NCBI GenBank assembly: GCA_016931935.1
Contig: JAFGDW010000261.1
Location: 2,966-66,965 of the forward strand
Reading direction: 5' to 3'
Origin: Candidatus Zhuqueibacterota bacterium
GTDB taxonomy: Bacteria; Zhuqueibacterota; Zhuqueibacteria; Thermofontimicrobiales; Thiofontviventaceae
Length of the DNA stretch: 64,000 bases
A program made the position numbers and the translations under genes. The stretch's first letter is position 1; the number at the start of each line of letters is the position of its first letter. Below the pieces are notes generated by a model. It made no database searches and was not told the origin of the DNA. It was given only the letters and a program-made list of their open reading frames with translations. Below, in pieces: positions 30,832 through 40,182 of the stretch.

Positions 30832-32298
30832 CTATTTTCCTGTGCTGTCACATTTCGACCAGGTAACTTTGATAACGATATTACTATCCGGCATTGTAAA
30901 TGAACGGTCATTCGCTGAACAATCAGCAGGCAGGCTTTCTGGAATATTCCCGGTGGTGAAATTGTAGGAGCCGTGTGTGTTGGCTGGAAGGTAGGTAAAA
31001 TAGTAGTAATCGCTACTATCTATTGGCGCCATTGACATTTTGCCATTAAGAAATGAACCGGAAATAAAAACGCTGTCCGATACAGTCAGGCTGGCCATAT
31101 TAAGTGTAAACGAGATTTTGTGGGCGTCCAAATTTTCATAAAAGCGCGGCGATGGCCAATTGCCAGCGCCATCTTCCATGAAATTATTATTTTTCGGATC
31201 AAAAAACGCTAAATGATCATGCGATGATCCCTGTCCCCAGGGCGTCCGGCATGGTGTGGATAGCCAGGCCGGCTCCCAGAAAATTACACCAATGCCACCC
31301 GGCCGCATCACAGCGCGTGTATAATCGACCATATATTCCAACTGTTTAACTGGTGAGACCGGCAGGTATGCCGGATCAGCGGTGCGAACGATATTAATCA
31401 GACTATCGAAATTTTCCGTCGACCATGGATAAGCGGTTTCCACGATCATGACTTTATAGACGGGAAAAGTTGTCACCAAATTACGGATCGTGGTTTCGAG
31501 CAAGGGAATGTTACCTTTGTGCCAGGCATAGTAATAGGAAAATCCATAAATATCAAAATCAGTAACGTCACTGTCTATCAGATTTTGGAAAAACCACTGA
31601 TGGCCATTCAAATCACCCGTAAAGTGTACGACAATTTTGGTATGTATTGCGCTTGTTGCTCCAACCTCGCGAACAGCTTTAATGGCAGCATTGAACAATT
31701 TCCCGTGCCGCGCCCAATCATTGCTGATCGTGCGAACTGGCTTGTAATCGCCCTCGCTGGCGATATGATTCATGATACCACCGTTAGTTTCATTACCTAT
31801 TTTGACGAAATCAGGCATCAAACCTTCACGCTCTAACTGCGTCAATACATGCTTTGTATAATTATAAACAGAGTCTTTCAGTGCTTCGGCATCATCGGCG
31901 ATACCCAGCCAACGGTGTGGCACAAGCTGCCGGCCCGGATCGGCCCAAAAATCAGAATAGTGGAATCCCAACATGGTTTGCATTCCCGCAGCTTTTGCGC
32001 GCCGGAGTGTTTCCTTCACATCTTCCAAATCGCTGTAGAATGGTTTAACGCCTTCAGGCTGCTGAAGCGGACGCTGCCACCACGCCGGATCGACCCACAA
32101 TCGAACACGCGCCAAATTAGTGCCATGACTAGCAAAAATCTGATACACATCTTTAGGTGCGTCATTCTCTTTAAATACGGCGCCACAATCTTCCATTTGA
32201 TTAACGTAGGAAAGATCACAGCCGAAATAGAATTGCTGGCCTTGAACAGATAATGCATTCAGCAAGATGAGGAGTATTATATTAGCTATGGTCTTCAT
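30832..32298 (-). CDS. GH53-like endo-beta-1,4-galactanase with a C-terminal beta-sandwich (CBM-like) extension; signal peptide
   Basis: GCDLSYVNQMEDCG, ARVRLWVDP, HYSDFWADPGRQ, KIGNETNGG and GFSYYYAWH follow the GH53 pattern. I prefer the start at ATG 32298 (MKTIANIILLILLNALSVQG, GAAAGG upstream). Confidence 0.75.
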   Translation of the reverse strand: MKTIANIILLILLNALSVQGQQFYFGCDLSYVNQMEDCGAVFKENDAPKDVYQIFASHGTNLARVRLWVDPAWWQRPLQQPEGVKPFYSDLEDVKETLRRAKAAGMQTMLGFHYSDFWADPGRQLVPHRWLGIADDAEALKDSVYNYTKHVLTQLEREGLMPDFVKIGNETNGGIMNHIASEGDYKPVRTISNDWARHGKLFNAAIKAVREVGATSAIHTKIVVHFTGDLNGHQWFFQNLIDSDVTDFDIYGFSYYYAWHKGNIPLLETTIRNLVTTFPVYKVMIVETAYPWSTENFDSLINIVRTADPAYLPVSPVKQLEYMVDYTRAVMRPGGIGVIFWEPAWLSTPCRTPWGQGSSHDHLAFFDPKNNNFMEDGAGNWPSPRFYENLDAHKISFTLNMASLTVSDSVFISGSFLNGKMSMAPIDSSDYYYFTYLPANTHGSYNFTTGNIPESLPADCSANDRSFTMPDSNIVIKVTWSKCDSTGK

Positions 32299-32349
32299 AG
32301 TACCTTTCCCAATAATTGAAAGGAAATATATAAAAATAATAAAAAACCA

Positions 32350-32450
32350 TTGAACACGGATGTGACAGATTGAACGGATTTTCACGGATTAAAAAAAATT
32401 CATAAGAACAATCCGTTGATATCCGTTTTATCCGTTCGATCCGTGTTCCA
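32350..32450. repeat. ACGGAT/ATCCGT-rich palindromic intergenic element, copy 1 (~100 bp)
   Basis: Left arm ttGAACACGGATgtgACAGATtgaACGGATtttcACGGATT. Right arm AATCCGTtgatATCCGTtttATCCGTtcgATCCGTGTTCCa. On the coding (minus) strand the TGGAACACGGAT end starts 6 nt after the GH53 stop at 32457. Confidence 0.85.
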
Positions 32451-32456
32451 TTTATT

Positions 32457-33554
32457 TTACCATCTCGTATATTTATCGAACACCTGAATCACCGGCAGCG
32501 CATTACCATCATCATCGAACATACCGCGATTGCGTAATCCGCCTCCGCCGGGGCGTGGCATGACCGCGGGTTCCCACCAGAAAATGCCTTTGCCGCGGCC
32601 GTCAGGAATGCTGAGCATGATTTGCTGTACGGCGTCGAGGAAGTCACGTTGGCCTTCCGGAGTTTCCGGGAATGGCGCCGGTTTGTCTTTGTATTCAGTC
32701 GATCGCCAGCAATACGCCACTTCTACCAGCATGATATTTTTCTTATATTCACGCGCCATAAAATGTAAAACATCACGCATATCGAGCAACGAACCATGCC
32801 ACCACGGGTAATACGACTGGCCGAGCACATCGCAGTTGACGCCCCGGGCAAACAGATTGTCGAAAAAATATTTCGTTGCTTCAAGATCGCCAACTTTTTC
32901 AATTTGAATCATGATTTTGGGTCGCGATGATTCACCGCCCCCTTCTTTGACGCCGCTAATACCGGCTTCAACTAATTCAGCAAAATTGTCCCATTTCTCG
33001 GGCAGCTTGCCATCGGGCCAGAGCATGCCGTTAATCACTTCATTGCCGATTTGCACCATGTCGGGCAAAACACCGGCCTCACGAAACGCAATAATGCAAT
33101 CGCGTGTGTATTCAAACACCGCATCGACGAGTTGTTTATGAGAATAGTCCTTCCATGCTTCGGGAACCATCTGCCGCGCCGGATCGGCCCAGGTATCGGA
33201 ATAGTGGAAATCAAGCAGGAATTTATAGCCACGTTCTTGCGCCTGTTTCGCCGATGCAATCGTGTATTCGAGATTATTGGGCAGCGGCCAGCGACTGTTC
33301 GCCGGATTATGAAATAATCGCAGCCGTATCCAGTTATACCCATGATCTTTGAATATCTGCAATCCGTGCTTTGCTTCACCGTTATCTTTAAATTTTACGC
33401 CGTTGTCCTCGGCAGCTTTCAGAAATGAGAGATCGGCGCCAATGGCATAATCGGAGGCGCCGGCGGCCAGCGCTTGTTTGGCTGATACAATTGTGAACAG
33501 AATGAGAATTGCAAAGATATTGAATATGCCTGTTCGCAGTCTATATTTCTTCAC
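32457..33554 (-). CDS. GH53 endo-beta-1,4-galactanase, secreted or periplasmic
   Basis: GADLSFLKAAEDNGVKFKD, NWIRLRLFHNP, DFHYSDTWADPARQ, QIGNEVINGMLWPDG and GQSYYPWWHG. GTG start preceded by AGGAAA. Signal peptide present. Confidence 0.85.
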   Translation of the reverse strand: MKKYRLRTGIFNIFAILILFTIVSAKQALAAGASDYAIGADLSFLKAAEDNGVKFKDNGEAKHGLQIFKDHGYNWIRLRLFHNPANSRWPLPNNLEYTIASAKQAQERGYKFLLDFHYSDTWADPARQMVPEAWKDYSHKQLVDAVFEYTRDCIIAFREAGVLPDMVQIGNEVINGMLWPDGKLPEKWDNFAELVEAGISGVKEGGGESSRPKIMIQIEKVGDLEATKYFFDNLFARGVNCDVLGQSYYPWWHGSLLDMRDVLHFMAREYKKNIMLVEVAYCWRSTEYKDKPAPFPETPEGQRDFLDAVQQIMLSIPDGRGKGIFWWEPAVMPRPGGGGLRNRGMFDDDGNALPVIQVFDKYTRW

Positions 33555-33819
33555 ATTTGTTTCCTACTATTTCTTGCTACTACTATTTTTAAAATAGTTT
33601 CATTCCGGTTTTCAGCCGGTTTTTGGCAGAAATACTGGTATCAACGTGCTCGTGATAGGGCTGATAATTGAGACGATTACATGAATTCAATTTTTGACGA
33701 TCGTAGTCCAGACATACTGGACGGAGACCGTCATAGCCTGCATTACGCCGGAGACCGGCGTAACGATGAGTTTTAGCAATCCATGCAAATGCTCCGAAGG
33801 CGCATCCGCCTTTGGCATG

Positions 33820-33849
33820 ATCCGTCGCATCCGTTAAATCCGTGTTCCA
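33820..33849. repeat. solo half-copy of the ACGGAT/ATCCGT element
   Basis: ATCCGTcgcATCCGTtaaATCCGTGTTCCA. On the minus strand TGGAACACGGAT starts 4 nt after the MFS stop at 33854. No matching left arm is visible. Confidence 0.7.
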
Positions 33850-33853
33850 TGCT

Positions 33854-35362
33854 TCATAACGTCACTTTTCCCCGCCGCTCTTCAAGCTGCCGCCGTGTTT
33901 CACTGGCATGCTCAGCAGTAATCGGATAATATTTCAACGCAATGATGGCAAACAACGCGGTAATCGCCGGCGCGCCAGATAAAAACAAGCGCATAATTAA
34001 AAACGTTTTCGGGTCCTGATTTCCGCCAAGCTCAGCATTGAATCCAGCCAGCCAAATACTGAAGCCAACGCCCAATGCTGCCAGCGACAGAGCGGTTTTC
34101 TCCAGCCAGGTGAACACCGCGCCGAACACACCTTCCCGACGTTTGCCGAATTTGAGTTCGTCTTCATCACAAATATCAGCCATCATCGATTCCAGCAAAA
34201 TTTTCACAGCCACCCACATCGGACCGCAAAGCAGCGGATCGATCAGTATTATCGGATCGATTGCCACCGAGCCAGCATAATAAATATGATGACCGGGCGT
34301 AAAAATAAACCATTTCATAAAACCACCGAATACGGTAAGCGCATACACAAAATACAGCGCGGCCTTTTTGCCGAATTTGTCGGCAATCCCGGTGATAATC
34401 GGGATGAATGCAAACCCGACCACCGCATACCCCGATGACAGCAAACCTTTCCAGATGCTGCCCAGCGCAATGTCTCCGTTCGCCATGTAATAGATCATCA
34501 CGAAATGGTCGATATTGGAGGCGAGAATTCCAGCCAGCACATTTAAAATAATAATGCTGACCAAAATCTGAAACGCCCGGCTGCTGAACGCCTCCTTCGA
34601 TGTCGTGAGCAGTTTGACTTTTTCCTGTTTTTCGGTCTTTTTTTGAAATCGCTCTTTTACAAAAATGCCAGGAATCACACCGATGCCCGCCATAATTATT
34701 ATCCCTACCAGCCAGGTGACAATAATAATGCCTGTCATTTCCACTTGCTGGCCCTCCGGAATTTTTGAGACAAAATAGGCCGAACTGATCACCGCCGCCA
34801 ACGGAATCAGCCATTCATACAGAAATTCCGCCAATTTATGGAAAAACGCAACATAGGCCATCACTTGATTACGCTCGTTATAATCGGGCGTCATTTCATA
34901 GGTCAGCGCTTTGAACGGTACAGCAAATACCGTATAGCAGGTGTAAAACAACAGTTGCATCAGGATGAAATAGATAATTTGTGTGGTTTCGTTCCACGCC
35001 TGCGGCACCATCCAGATCAGACCAAAAATGAGACCCATTGTAATTGCACCGCCTACAATAAACGGCCGGCGGCGTCCCCAACGCGAGTGAAAATTATCGG
35101 AAATTTTCCCCATAATCGGATCGCTGAATGCATCCCAAATGCGCGGGATTGTCAGCGCCACACCAATCCATGCAGCATTCAGGCCGAGGATCATCACATA
35201 TACAGTGCGCGCCAGCGTGTTGATGCCAATATACGCGAACAGATTGCTAAATCCGCCCACGCCCAGCGCCAGTTTCTCCCGGAATGGTACTTTGACGGCA
35301 TCCGTATGGTGGACGCGAATCGCGTCTGAGGTTTGTGGTATGGAGGCAGATTCATGTTCCAT
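33854..35362 (-). CDS. GPH-family (MelB-like) glycoside:cation symporter, MFS superfamily
   Basis: DPIMGKISDNFHSRWGRRRPFIVGG is the GPH signature. About 12 TM segments. 502 aa. It overlaps the GH42 stop by 11 nt. Confidence 0.8.
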   Translation of the reverse strand: MEHESASIPQTSDAIRVHHTDAVKVPFREKLALGVGGFSNLFAYIGINTLARTVYVMILGLNAAWIGVALTIPRIWDAFSDPIMGKISDNFHSRWGRRRPFIVGGAITMGLIFGLIWMVPQAWNETTQIIYFILMQLLFYTCYTVFAVPFKALTYEMTPDYNERNQVMAYVAFFHKLAEFLYEWLIPLAAVISSAYFVSKIPEGQQVEMTGIIIVTWLVGIIIMAGIGVIPGIFVKERFQKKTEKQEKVKLLTTSKEAFSSRAFQILVSIIILNVLAGILASNIDHFVMIYYMANGDIALGSIWKGLLSSGYAVVGFAFIPIITGIADKFGKKAALYFVYALTVFGGFMKWFIFTPGHHIYYAGSVAIDPIILIDPLLCGPMWVAVKILLESMMADICDEDELKFGKRREGVFGAVFTWLEKTALSLAALGVGFSIWLAGFNAELGGNQDPKTFLIMRLFLSGAPAITALFAIIALKYYPITAEHASETRRQLEERRGKVTL

Positions 35363-37427
35363 AGTCGTTCAATCTCCTTAGAATAGAAACTCCATGTCTG
35401 GCAAGCCGCAATATGCTTTCATGGCTGGTTTGCGTCAGTAAATCTTTATATTTCCCCTGGGACAGTTGTACTTCCACATCGTTATTTCCATGGTTCAGAT
35501 AGAATTCGAATTTGTGTTTGTTTTGCTGGCGGGTTACGTGTTCAACACCTTCAGGTAGAAGGTGAATTTCAATATTTTGATCAGCCAGTATTTTACATAC
35601 AAAATCATGCATGAAATCAGCATCTGGACGGGTGGCAATATAGTACGCTTTGCCCGCGCCAAACTCGTTTTCCGTAACGCAGGGAGCGCCGGCGAAGTAA
35701 TCATCGCCAAACGTGGCCAGCGTTTTGGTGGTTGTTGCATGAGCGATATCACACCATACGGAACAGGCATATTCGTTTTCAAAGCCGTCGAGGCCAGCGA
35801 TCATTTTTATCCTGTTGGAGCCATTCAACGGCAACGGATCATATTCTTCCACCTTTACGCCCAGCACATCCGTGAGCGGCCCCACATAACCATTCAAAAA
35901 CACACCGACATGCTCATCGACGAAACCGGAAAAATAGGTGGCGACAAATGTACCACCATTGGTAACAAATGCTTCAACCGCTTCTTTGAAACCGGGCTTA
36001 ATCAGGTGCAACAACGGCGCGATGACAATTTTATATTTCGAGAAATCGTAATGTGCAGGAATCACATCCACCGGTACATTAAGTCGATAGAAGGCGTTGA
36101 AATAATGTTCCAGTTCGCCGAGATAACTGAGCAACACCGTGGGAAATGGTTGTGTGTTCGACGCCCAGAAAATTTCATTATCCAGCGATTTTCCGCCGGT
36201 GCCATATGGACTATCGACCGTCCACCAGGCGTCGTTATCCATGAGAATCGCTACGGACGCATCGATGGTCGAGCCAACAATATCCTGCAATTTCGTTAAT
36301 TCCCCGCCGAGTGAGGCAATTTCCCTGAACACGCGCGCTTCTTCCCCGTAATGCGGGACCATGCCGCTGTGGTATTTTTCCGTTCCCCTTTTCGATGCGC
36401 GCCATTGGAAAAACATCACCGAATCCGAGCCGTGGGCAATTGCCTGATAACTCCACAGCCGCATCTGACCGGGACGTTTGTTGACGTTGATCGGATACCA
36501 ATCCACCTGCGATGGCGCCTGCTCCATCAACATGAATGGCTTGCCGAGTAACGACCGCATCATCGAATGCCTGAGCGCTGCCCGGCGCCGGGCGTTCGGC
36601 TCGAGCGGATTGGGATAGCTGTTCCACGACACCACATCAAGATCATCCTTGAATAATGAATGATCGAACTTACTCCAGTCACCTTCGAAATTAGTAGTGA
36701 TGGGAACGTCCGGCGTAATTTCGCGCAGCACATTGACTTCTTCCATATACAGCGTATAAAAACTTTCACTCAAAAATCGCTTGTAATCCAGCAGCTTCGC
36801 GCCATTGCGGCCGCCAGCGCTGGCCATCGGCGTGTTGATCTGCTCCCATGCGAAATATTTCTCCCCCCAAAACACCGTGCCCCAACAATCATTCAGGCTG
36901 TCTAATGTGCCGTATTTTTTCTTCAACCACGCTTGGAATCTATGCTCACAATTTTTGCAGAAGCACATGCTGTTCTTGTTAGCGTACTCGTTATTGATAT
37001 GCCACAACTTCAACGCACGATGGCCTTTGTAATGCAGCGCCATTTCCTTCACCAGTCGGCGCACAGCTTTTCGGTAACTCGGACTGTTGATGCAATACGT
37101 CTGTCGTGAACCCGGAACCACCCGCTGACCGGACTCCCGGACGAACAAAATATCGTCATACTTTTGCGTGAGCCAGTTGGGCTGCGCTGCTGTGGCGGTG
37201 CCGAGACAAACATCAATATCATTATCCGCCAGCAAATCCATGATGTTGTCGAGCCAGTCGAATGTGAATGTATTCTTATCCGGCTGCAACAGCGCCCAGG
37301 CAAAAATCGCTAAACTGACCATATTGACGTTGGCCTGTTTCATCAGGCGGATGTCATCGTGCCAGACATCTTCCGGCCATTGCTCAGGGAAATAGTCGGC
37401 GCCGAATATTATTTTGTTGATTTTCAT
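35352..37427 (-). CDS. GH42 beta-galactosidase (cytoplasmic)
   Basis: The N-terminus FGADYFPEQWPEDVWHDDIRLMKQANVNMVSLAIFAWALLQP, plus WHINNEY and a Cys cluster (CFCKNC), are typical of GH42. No signal peptide. Confidence 0.85.
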   Translation of the reverse strand: MKINKIIFGADYFPEQWPEDVWHDDIRLMKQANVNMVSLAIFAWALLQPDKNTFTFDWLDNIMDLLADNDIDVCLGTATAAQPNWLTQKYDDILFVRESGQRVVPGSRQTYCINSPSYRKAVRRLVKEMALHYKGHRALKLWHINNEYANKNSMCFCKNCEHRFQAWLKKKYGTLDSLNDCWGTVFWGEKYFAWEQINTPMASAGGRNGAKLLDYKRFLSESFYTLYMEEVNVLREITPDVPITTNFEGDWSKFDHSLFKDDLDVVSWNSYPNPLEPNARRRAALRHSMMRSLLGKPFMLMEQAPSQVDWYPINVNKRPGQMRLWSYQAIAHGSDSVMFFQWRASKRGTEKYHSGMVPHYGEEARVFREIASLGGELTKLQDIVGSTIDASVAILMDNDAWWTVDSPYGTGGKSLDNEIFWASNTQPFPTVLLSYLGELEHYFNAFYRLNVPVDVIPAHYDFSKYKIVIAPLLHLIKPGFKEAVEAFVTNGGTFVATYFSGFVDEHVGVFLNGYVGPLTDVLGVKVEEYDPLPLNGSNRIKMIAGLDGFENEYACSVWCDIAHATTTKTLATFGDDYFAGAPCVTENEFGAGKAYYIATRPDADFMHDFVCKILADQNIEIHLLPEGVEHVTRQQNKHKFEFYLNHGNNDVEVQLSQGKYKDLLTQTSHESILRLARHGVSILRRLNDYGT

Positions 37428-37445
37428 ATTAATCTTTTTAAATCG

Positions 37446-37490
37446 TTCCGCCAGTGACTGGCGGAATGCATATTGGACGGTCTCCGTCCA
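37446..37490. repeat. pair of GC-rich hairpins: TTCCGCCAG-tga-CTGGCGGAA and TGGACGG-tct-CCGTCCA
   Basis: Perfect 9-bp and 7-bp stems read directly in the GH112-GH42 spacer. Related copies are listed in the findings. Confidence 0.8.
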
Positions 37491-37591
37491 TTCGACTTTA
37501 TTTCTAACGGTAATTCAATCTCGCCTATTAAAAATAACATGTCGCAGAGCGACGCAACTGTATTCCGCCGAAGACCGTCGGAACAAGGATT

Positions 37592-39781
37592 TTACTTACA
37601 AAGTCTATTAATCTCATCCAACGTAAACCAACGCATCTCCAACGGCTTTAAGTTCACAAAAGTCGATTTCCCATCCCCGTTAAAAACCGTCGTCGTTACA
37701 TCCTGCTCCGAATTGTTCATTACCACAAACTCGTCAACTTCAGGATAAAACGCGCAATCGGTGTGGATATTTGAACTGAACCAGCGCCGCAATTCCCCTT
37801 CCTTGCCGGATGCCCAGAGAATTGCGCGATGCAGCAGCCGCATATTTTGGCCATTGTGCATATAATCTGCAAAGTACACCGCTTTGCCGTTGCCGAACGT
37901 ATGGGTTGCCAGGTGCACCGCGTTTGATGTCCCTGCCAACAATTCCGCATCAGAGCTGCTGATATAAACAGATGACGATTCAACGCCAAGCTGAATCGCA
38001 CCGATAACATCCTTCACTATAAAATGATCACAATTGACATCAGATCGAATATTTTTTGACCAGGCAGCTTTGTGACCAATCTCTTTTTCCACACCCAGCA
38101 CATCAGCAAGCTGGAAGTAGCGCCCCTGATAGTCGTGCGCTGCAGGGTCGCCGATGCCGATGAAGCCACCACCATTCATGATAAATTCACGCATCCGTTC
38201 AATTACAACCGGATCACTCCAGTGATGGCCGCCGCTCCAGGCGCTTTCGGCGCGTCCCCAGTTAATAATCACACCAATATCGTCAGCAATGCCGCGTTGT
38301 CGAATGTCATCAAAATTAACAAATTTCACATCCGCCATAAATCCGCTCAGGAATTCAGGCGCATGGCCCTGCGGCCAGTTGTCGTTGTGCATCCAGGAGC
38401 GCGCTTTGCCCCAACAATCGAGTATGGCGACTTTTTTCAGAAGCGTGTAAGGTTTCGTCTTTTTTGTGCGGTCAAGAACGGTTCGAAACTCATCGGCCAG
38501 ATGTTCCACATAATCCAGAAAATCCGGATGCTTGATAGCCAGGTCAAGATAGCCACCAAAGCCGATGCGATCAACACATCGCCGCAACAACGCCCGGCGC
38601 ACATTTTTCCACCACTTCTTGCACTCCTTCACCGGATCGCCATCGTCTTTGAAGACCGGCTCGTCCTGCAAATTGACTTCGAAAAAGTAAGGATAGAGCC
38701 GGACTTCTTTAATAAAATTACCCGGCACATCGGCAATACGCCGCAGCTCAACGCCGCTCAGGCAGGGGCCGACAATGCCGTCGAAACCGAGCTCTTCGAA
38801 ACCATCCAGATACGGCTCGGTGCCGATCCAGTGGTCGCAAAAAAACAGAATCGCTTTTTTGCCCGCAGCATGGACTTTGGCCACGCACTGCTTGGTGTAA
38901 CTGCGAACAAATTCCTGGACAAACGCCATCCAATCGAGATAGGGCTGTTTGGGAATCCGGTCGGTAGCGCAATAATAGCCCTGATCGACGATGTCTTCAC
39001 TGCGCAGCCGATAGCCGAATTTCTGTTCGAACTGATCCAACGCCAACGCGCTCATTGCGTCGAGATAACCGCTCCAGTCGAGATACAGCGTTTCCCGGTT
39101 CTCGCCTTTTATCAACGGGAATTGGTAGAACATCGATGTGAACCGCACATAATCGGTATTTGGGTGCGCAGCCAACCAGGTGTCCAGATACTGCAGCAAA
39201 TGTGTGCCTGTTTCCGGCTGGCGCGGATCCACGCCCATTTGATGCTCGCCCGACCAATTGTTGGTGATGTAATTGTACATCGATGTGGTTTCCCAAATCT
39301 GGTAGACGAGAAAGTTCACGGTATAGACATGCCCCATTCGCGCGGTGTGAACAACCACTTCACCGGATTGGTTGTGAAAATCCCATTTATCAGGATCAAT
39401 CACTTCACCTGTCGCTCGGTCGATCACTTCCCAATACTTTTTCGCAGCGTGTACATTATCAATCTGAAACTGCTCGTTGCTGTACCCTTTTTGAATAGCA
39501 ATTTTCAACTCGCCGTCCCGCTCTGCAGTCACCGGAAACGACATCAAAAATTTCTGCTGGCACTGATCGGGATGCGATTTTGCCCATTCCTGATCAACGC
39601 GGATCAGGCAGATCGTTGAATATACGTCCGGCCCCATGCTCACAATCTCCGGGGATAATGTTGTGCCATCGCTGTCACGGATGGCATCCACACCCCATTT
39701 TTCGATGAACATTTTCACTTCCTTGTCCATGCCTGCTTGTGCAGGGAGCGTGAAATGGCCGGTTCGTTTTTTTGTCTTCAT
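37592..39781 (-). CDS. GH112 beta-galactoside phosphorylase (lacto-N-biose / galactosyl-rhamnose phosphorylase family)
   Basis: GHFTLPAQAGMDKEVKMFIEKWGVDAIRDSDGT closely matches my memory of the Bifidobacterium LNBP N-terminus (GRFTLPSEE...LWGADAIRNSDGT). YWEVIDRATGEVIDP, VRFTSMFYQF and WIGTEPY are also present. The start is set at MKTKK (39781); the track start at 39808 lies inside the palindromic element. Confidence 0.85.
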   Translation of the reverse strand: MKTKKRTGHFTLPAQAGMDKEVKMFIEKWGVDAIRDSDGTTLSPEIVSMGPDVYSTICLIRVDQEWAKSHPDQCQQKFLMSFPVTAERDGELKIAIQKGYSNEQFQIDNVHAAKKYWEVIDRATGEVIDPDKWDFHNQSGEVVVHTARMGHVYTVNFLVYQIWETTSMYNYITNNWSGEHQMGVDPRQPETGTHLLQYLDTWLAAHPNTDYVRFTSMFYQFPLIKGENRETLYLDWSGYLDAMSALALDQFEQKFGYRLRSEDIVDQGYYCATDRIPKQPYLDWMAFVQEFVRSYTKQCVAKVHAAGKKAILFFCDHWIGTEPYLDGFEELGFDGIVGPCLSGVELRRIADVPGNFIKEVRLYPYFFEVNLQDEPVFKDDGDPVKECKKWWKNVRRALLRRCVDRIGFGGYLDLAIKHPDFLDYVEHLADEFRTVLDRTKKTKPYTLLKKVAILDCWGKARSWMHNDNWPQGHAPEFLSGFMADVKFVNFDDIRQRGIADDIGVIINWGRAESAWSGGHHWSDPVVIERMREFIMNGGGFIGIGDPAAHDYQGRYFQLADVLGVEKEIGHKAAWSKNIRSDVNCDHFIVKDVIGAIQLGVESSSVYISSSDAELLAGTSNAVHLATHTFGNGKAVYFADYMHNGQNMRLLHRAILWASGKEGELRRWFSSNIHTDCAFYPEVDEFVVMNNSEQDVTTTVFNGDGKSTFVNLKPLEMRWFTLDEINRLCK

Positions 39782-39800
39782 TATATTCCTTAAAAGAATA

Positions 39801-39944
39801 TGGAACACGGATGAAACGGATTTGACGGATTAAAACGGATTTTAAAACATGATTTTTAAATTAAATATCAACGTCACGAATAATCATTTTTCTCCAATGA
39901 AAAAATTCGTGTAAATCCGTTCGATCCGCTCAATCCGTGTTCCA
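39801..39944. repeat. ACGGAT/ATCCGT-rich palindromic intergenic element, copy 2 (~144 bp)
   Basis: Left arm TGGAACACGGATgaaACGGATttgACGGATtaaaACGGATttt. Right arm AAATCCGTtcgATCCGCtcaATCCGTGTTCCA, with an AT-rich centre. The minus-strand TGGAACACGGAT starts 4 nt after the stop at 39949. The other end abuts the GH112 RBS. Confidence 0.85.
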
Positions 39945-39948
39945 TTTT

Positions 39949-40182
39949 TTACTCTTCATCCTTTGCCAAAATATCATCCACCGTATACCGTTTCAGCATT
40001 GTTTTGTATTTCCGCTTGTACGCCGCGTACGAAAACAAAATATCCTGTTCTGTGCCTTCCCAGTTGCAGCGGCGGCACCAGAATTCATCGAGTTGTTTAT
40101 CATACAATAAATCAAAATCGATATCACGAAACAAACAATTGGGACACCGATAATTTATTTTGCCTGTTCGACCTTGAGACAT
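39949..40182 (-). CDS. small Zn-ribbon protein (CPNC...CRRC), unknown function
   Basis: 77 aa. AGGAG lies 8 nt upstream of the ATG at 40182. Two CxxC pairs are 20 aa apart. It overlaps the upstream ORF by 28 nt. Confidence 0.55.
   Translation of the reverse strand: MSQGRTGKINYRCPNCLFRDIDFDLLYDKQLDEFWCRRCNWEGTEQDILFSYAAYKRKYKTMLKRYTVDDILAKDEE

Noticed and set aside
34176-36299. Long alternative-frame or antisense ORFs inside the MFS and GH42 genes (34176..34814 -, 34838..35329 +, 35562..36299 +), plus similar ones at 15687..16226 + and 30130..30675 +
   Set aside because: All are nested within genes that carry clear family signatures (GPH, GH42, hisI/hisG, galT). They are shadow frames in GC-richer coding DNA.
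38072-39619. 515-aa plus-strand ORF
   Set aside because: It lies entirely antisense to the GH112 gene, whose identity is strongly supported by motifs. Its R/H/F/I-rich composition is typical of a shadow ORF, and it has no SD.
37592-39781. Calling the GH112 gene a lacto-N-biose phosphorylase (lnpA) outright
   Set aside because: The family membership is clear, but the genomic context is pectic galactan and no nahK or galE partners are seen. Substrate specificity cannot be read from the sequence by eye.
32350-39944. Interpreting the ACGGAT palindromes as IS elements or classical MITEs
   Set aside because: They have no coding capacity, I could identify no target-site duplications, and no transposase is in the window. 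I kept them as structured intergenic repeats of unknown origin.
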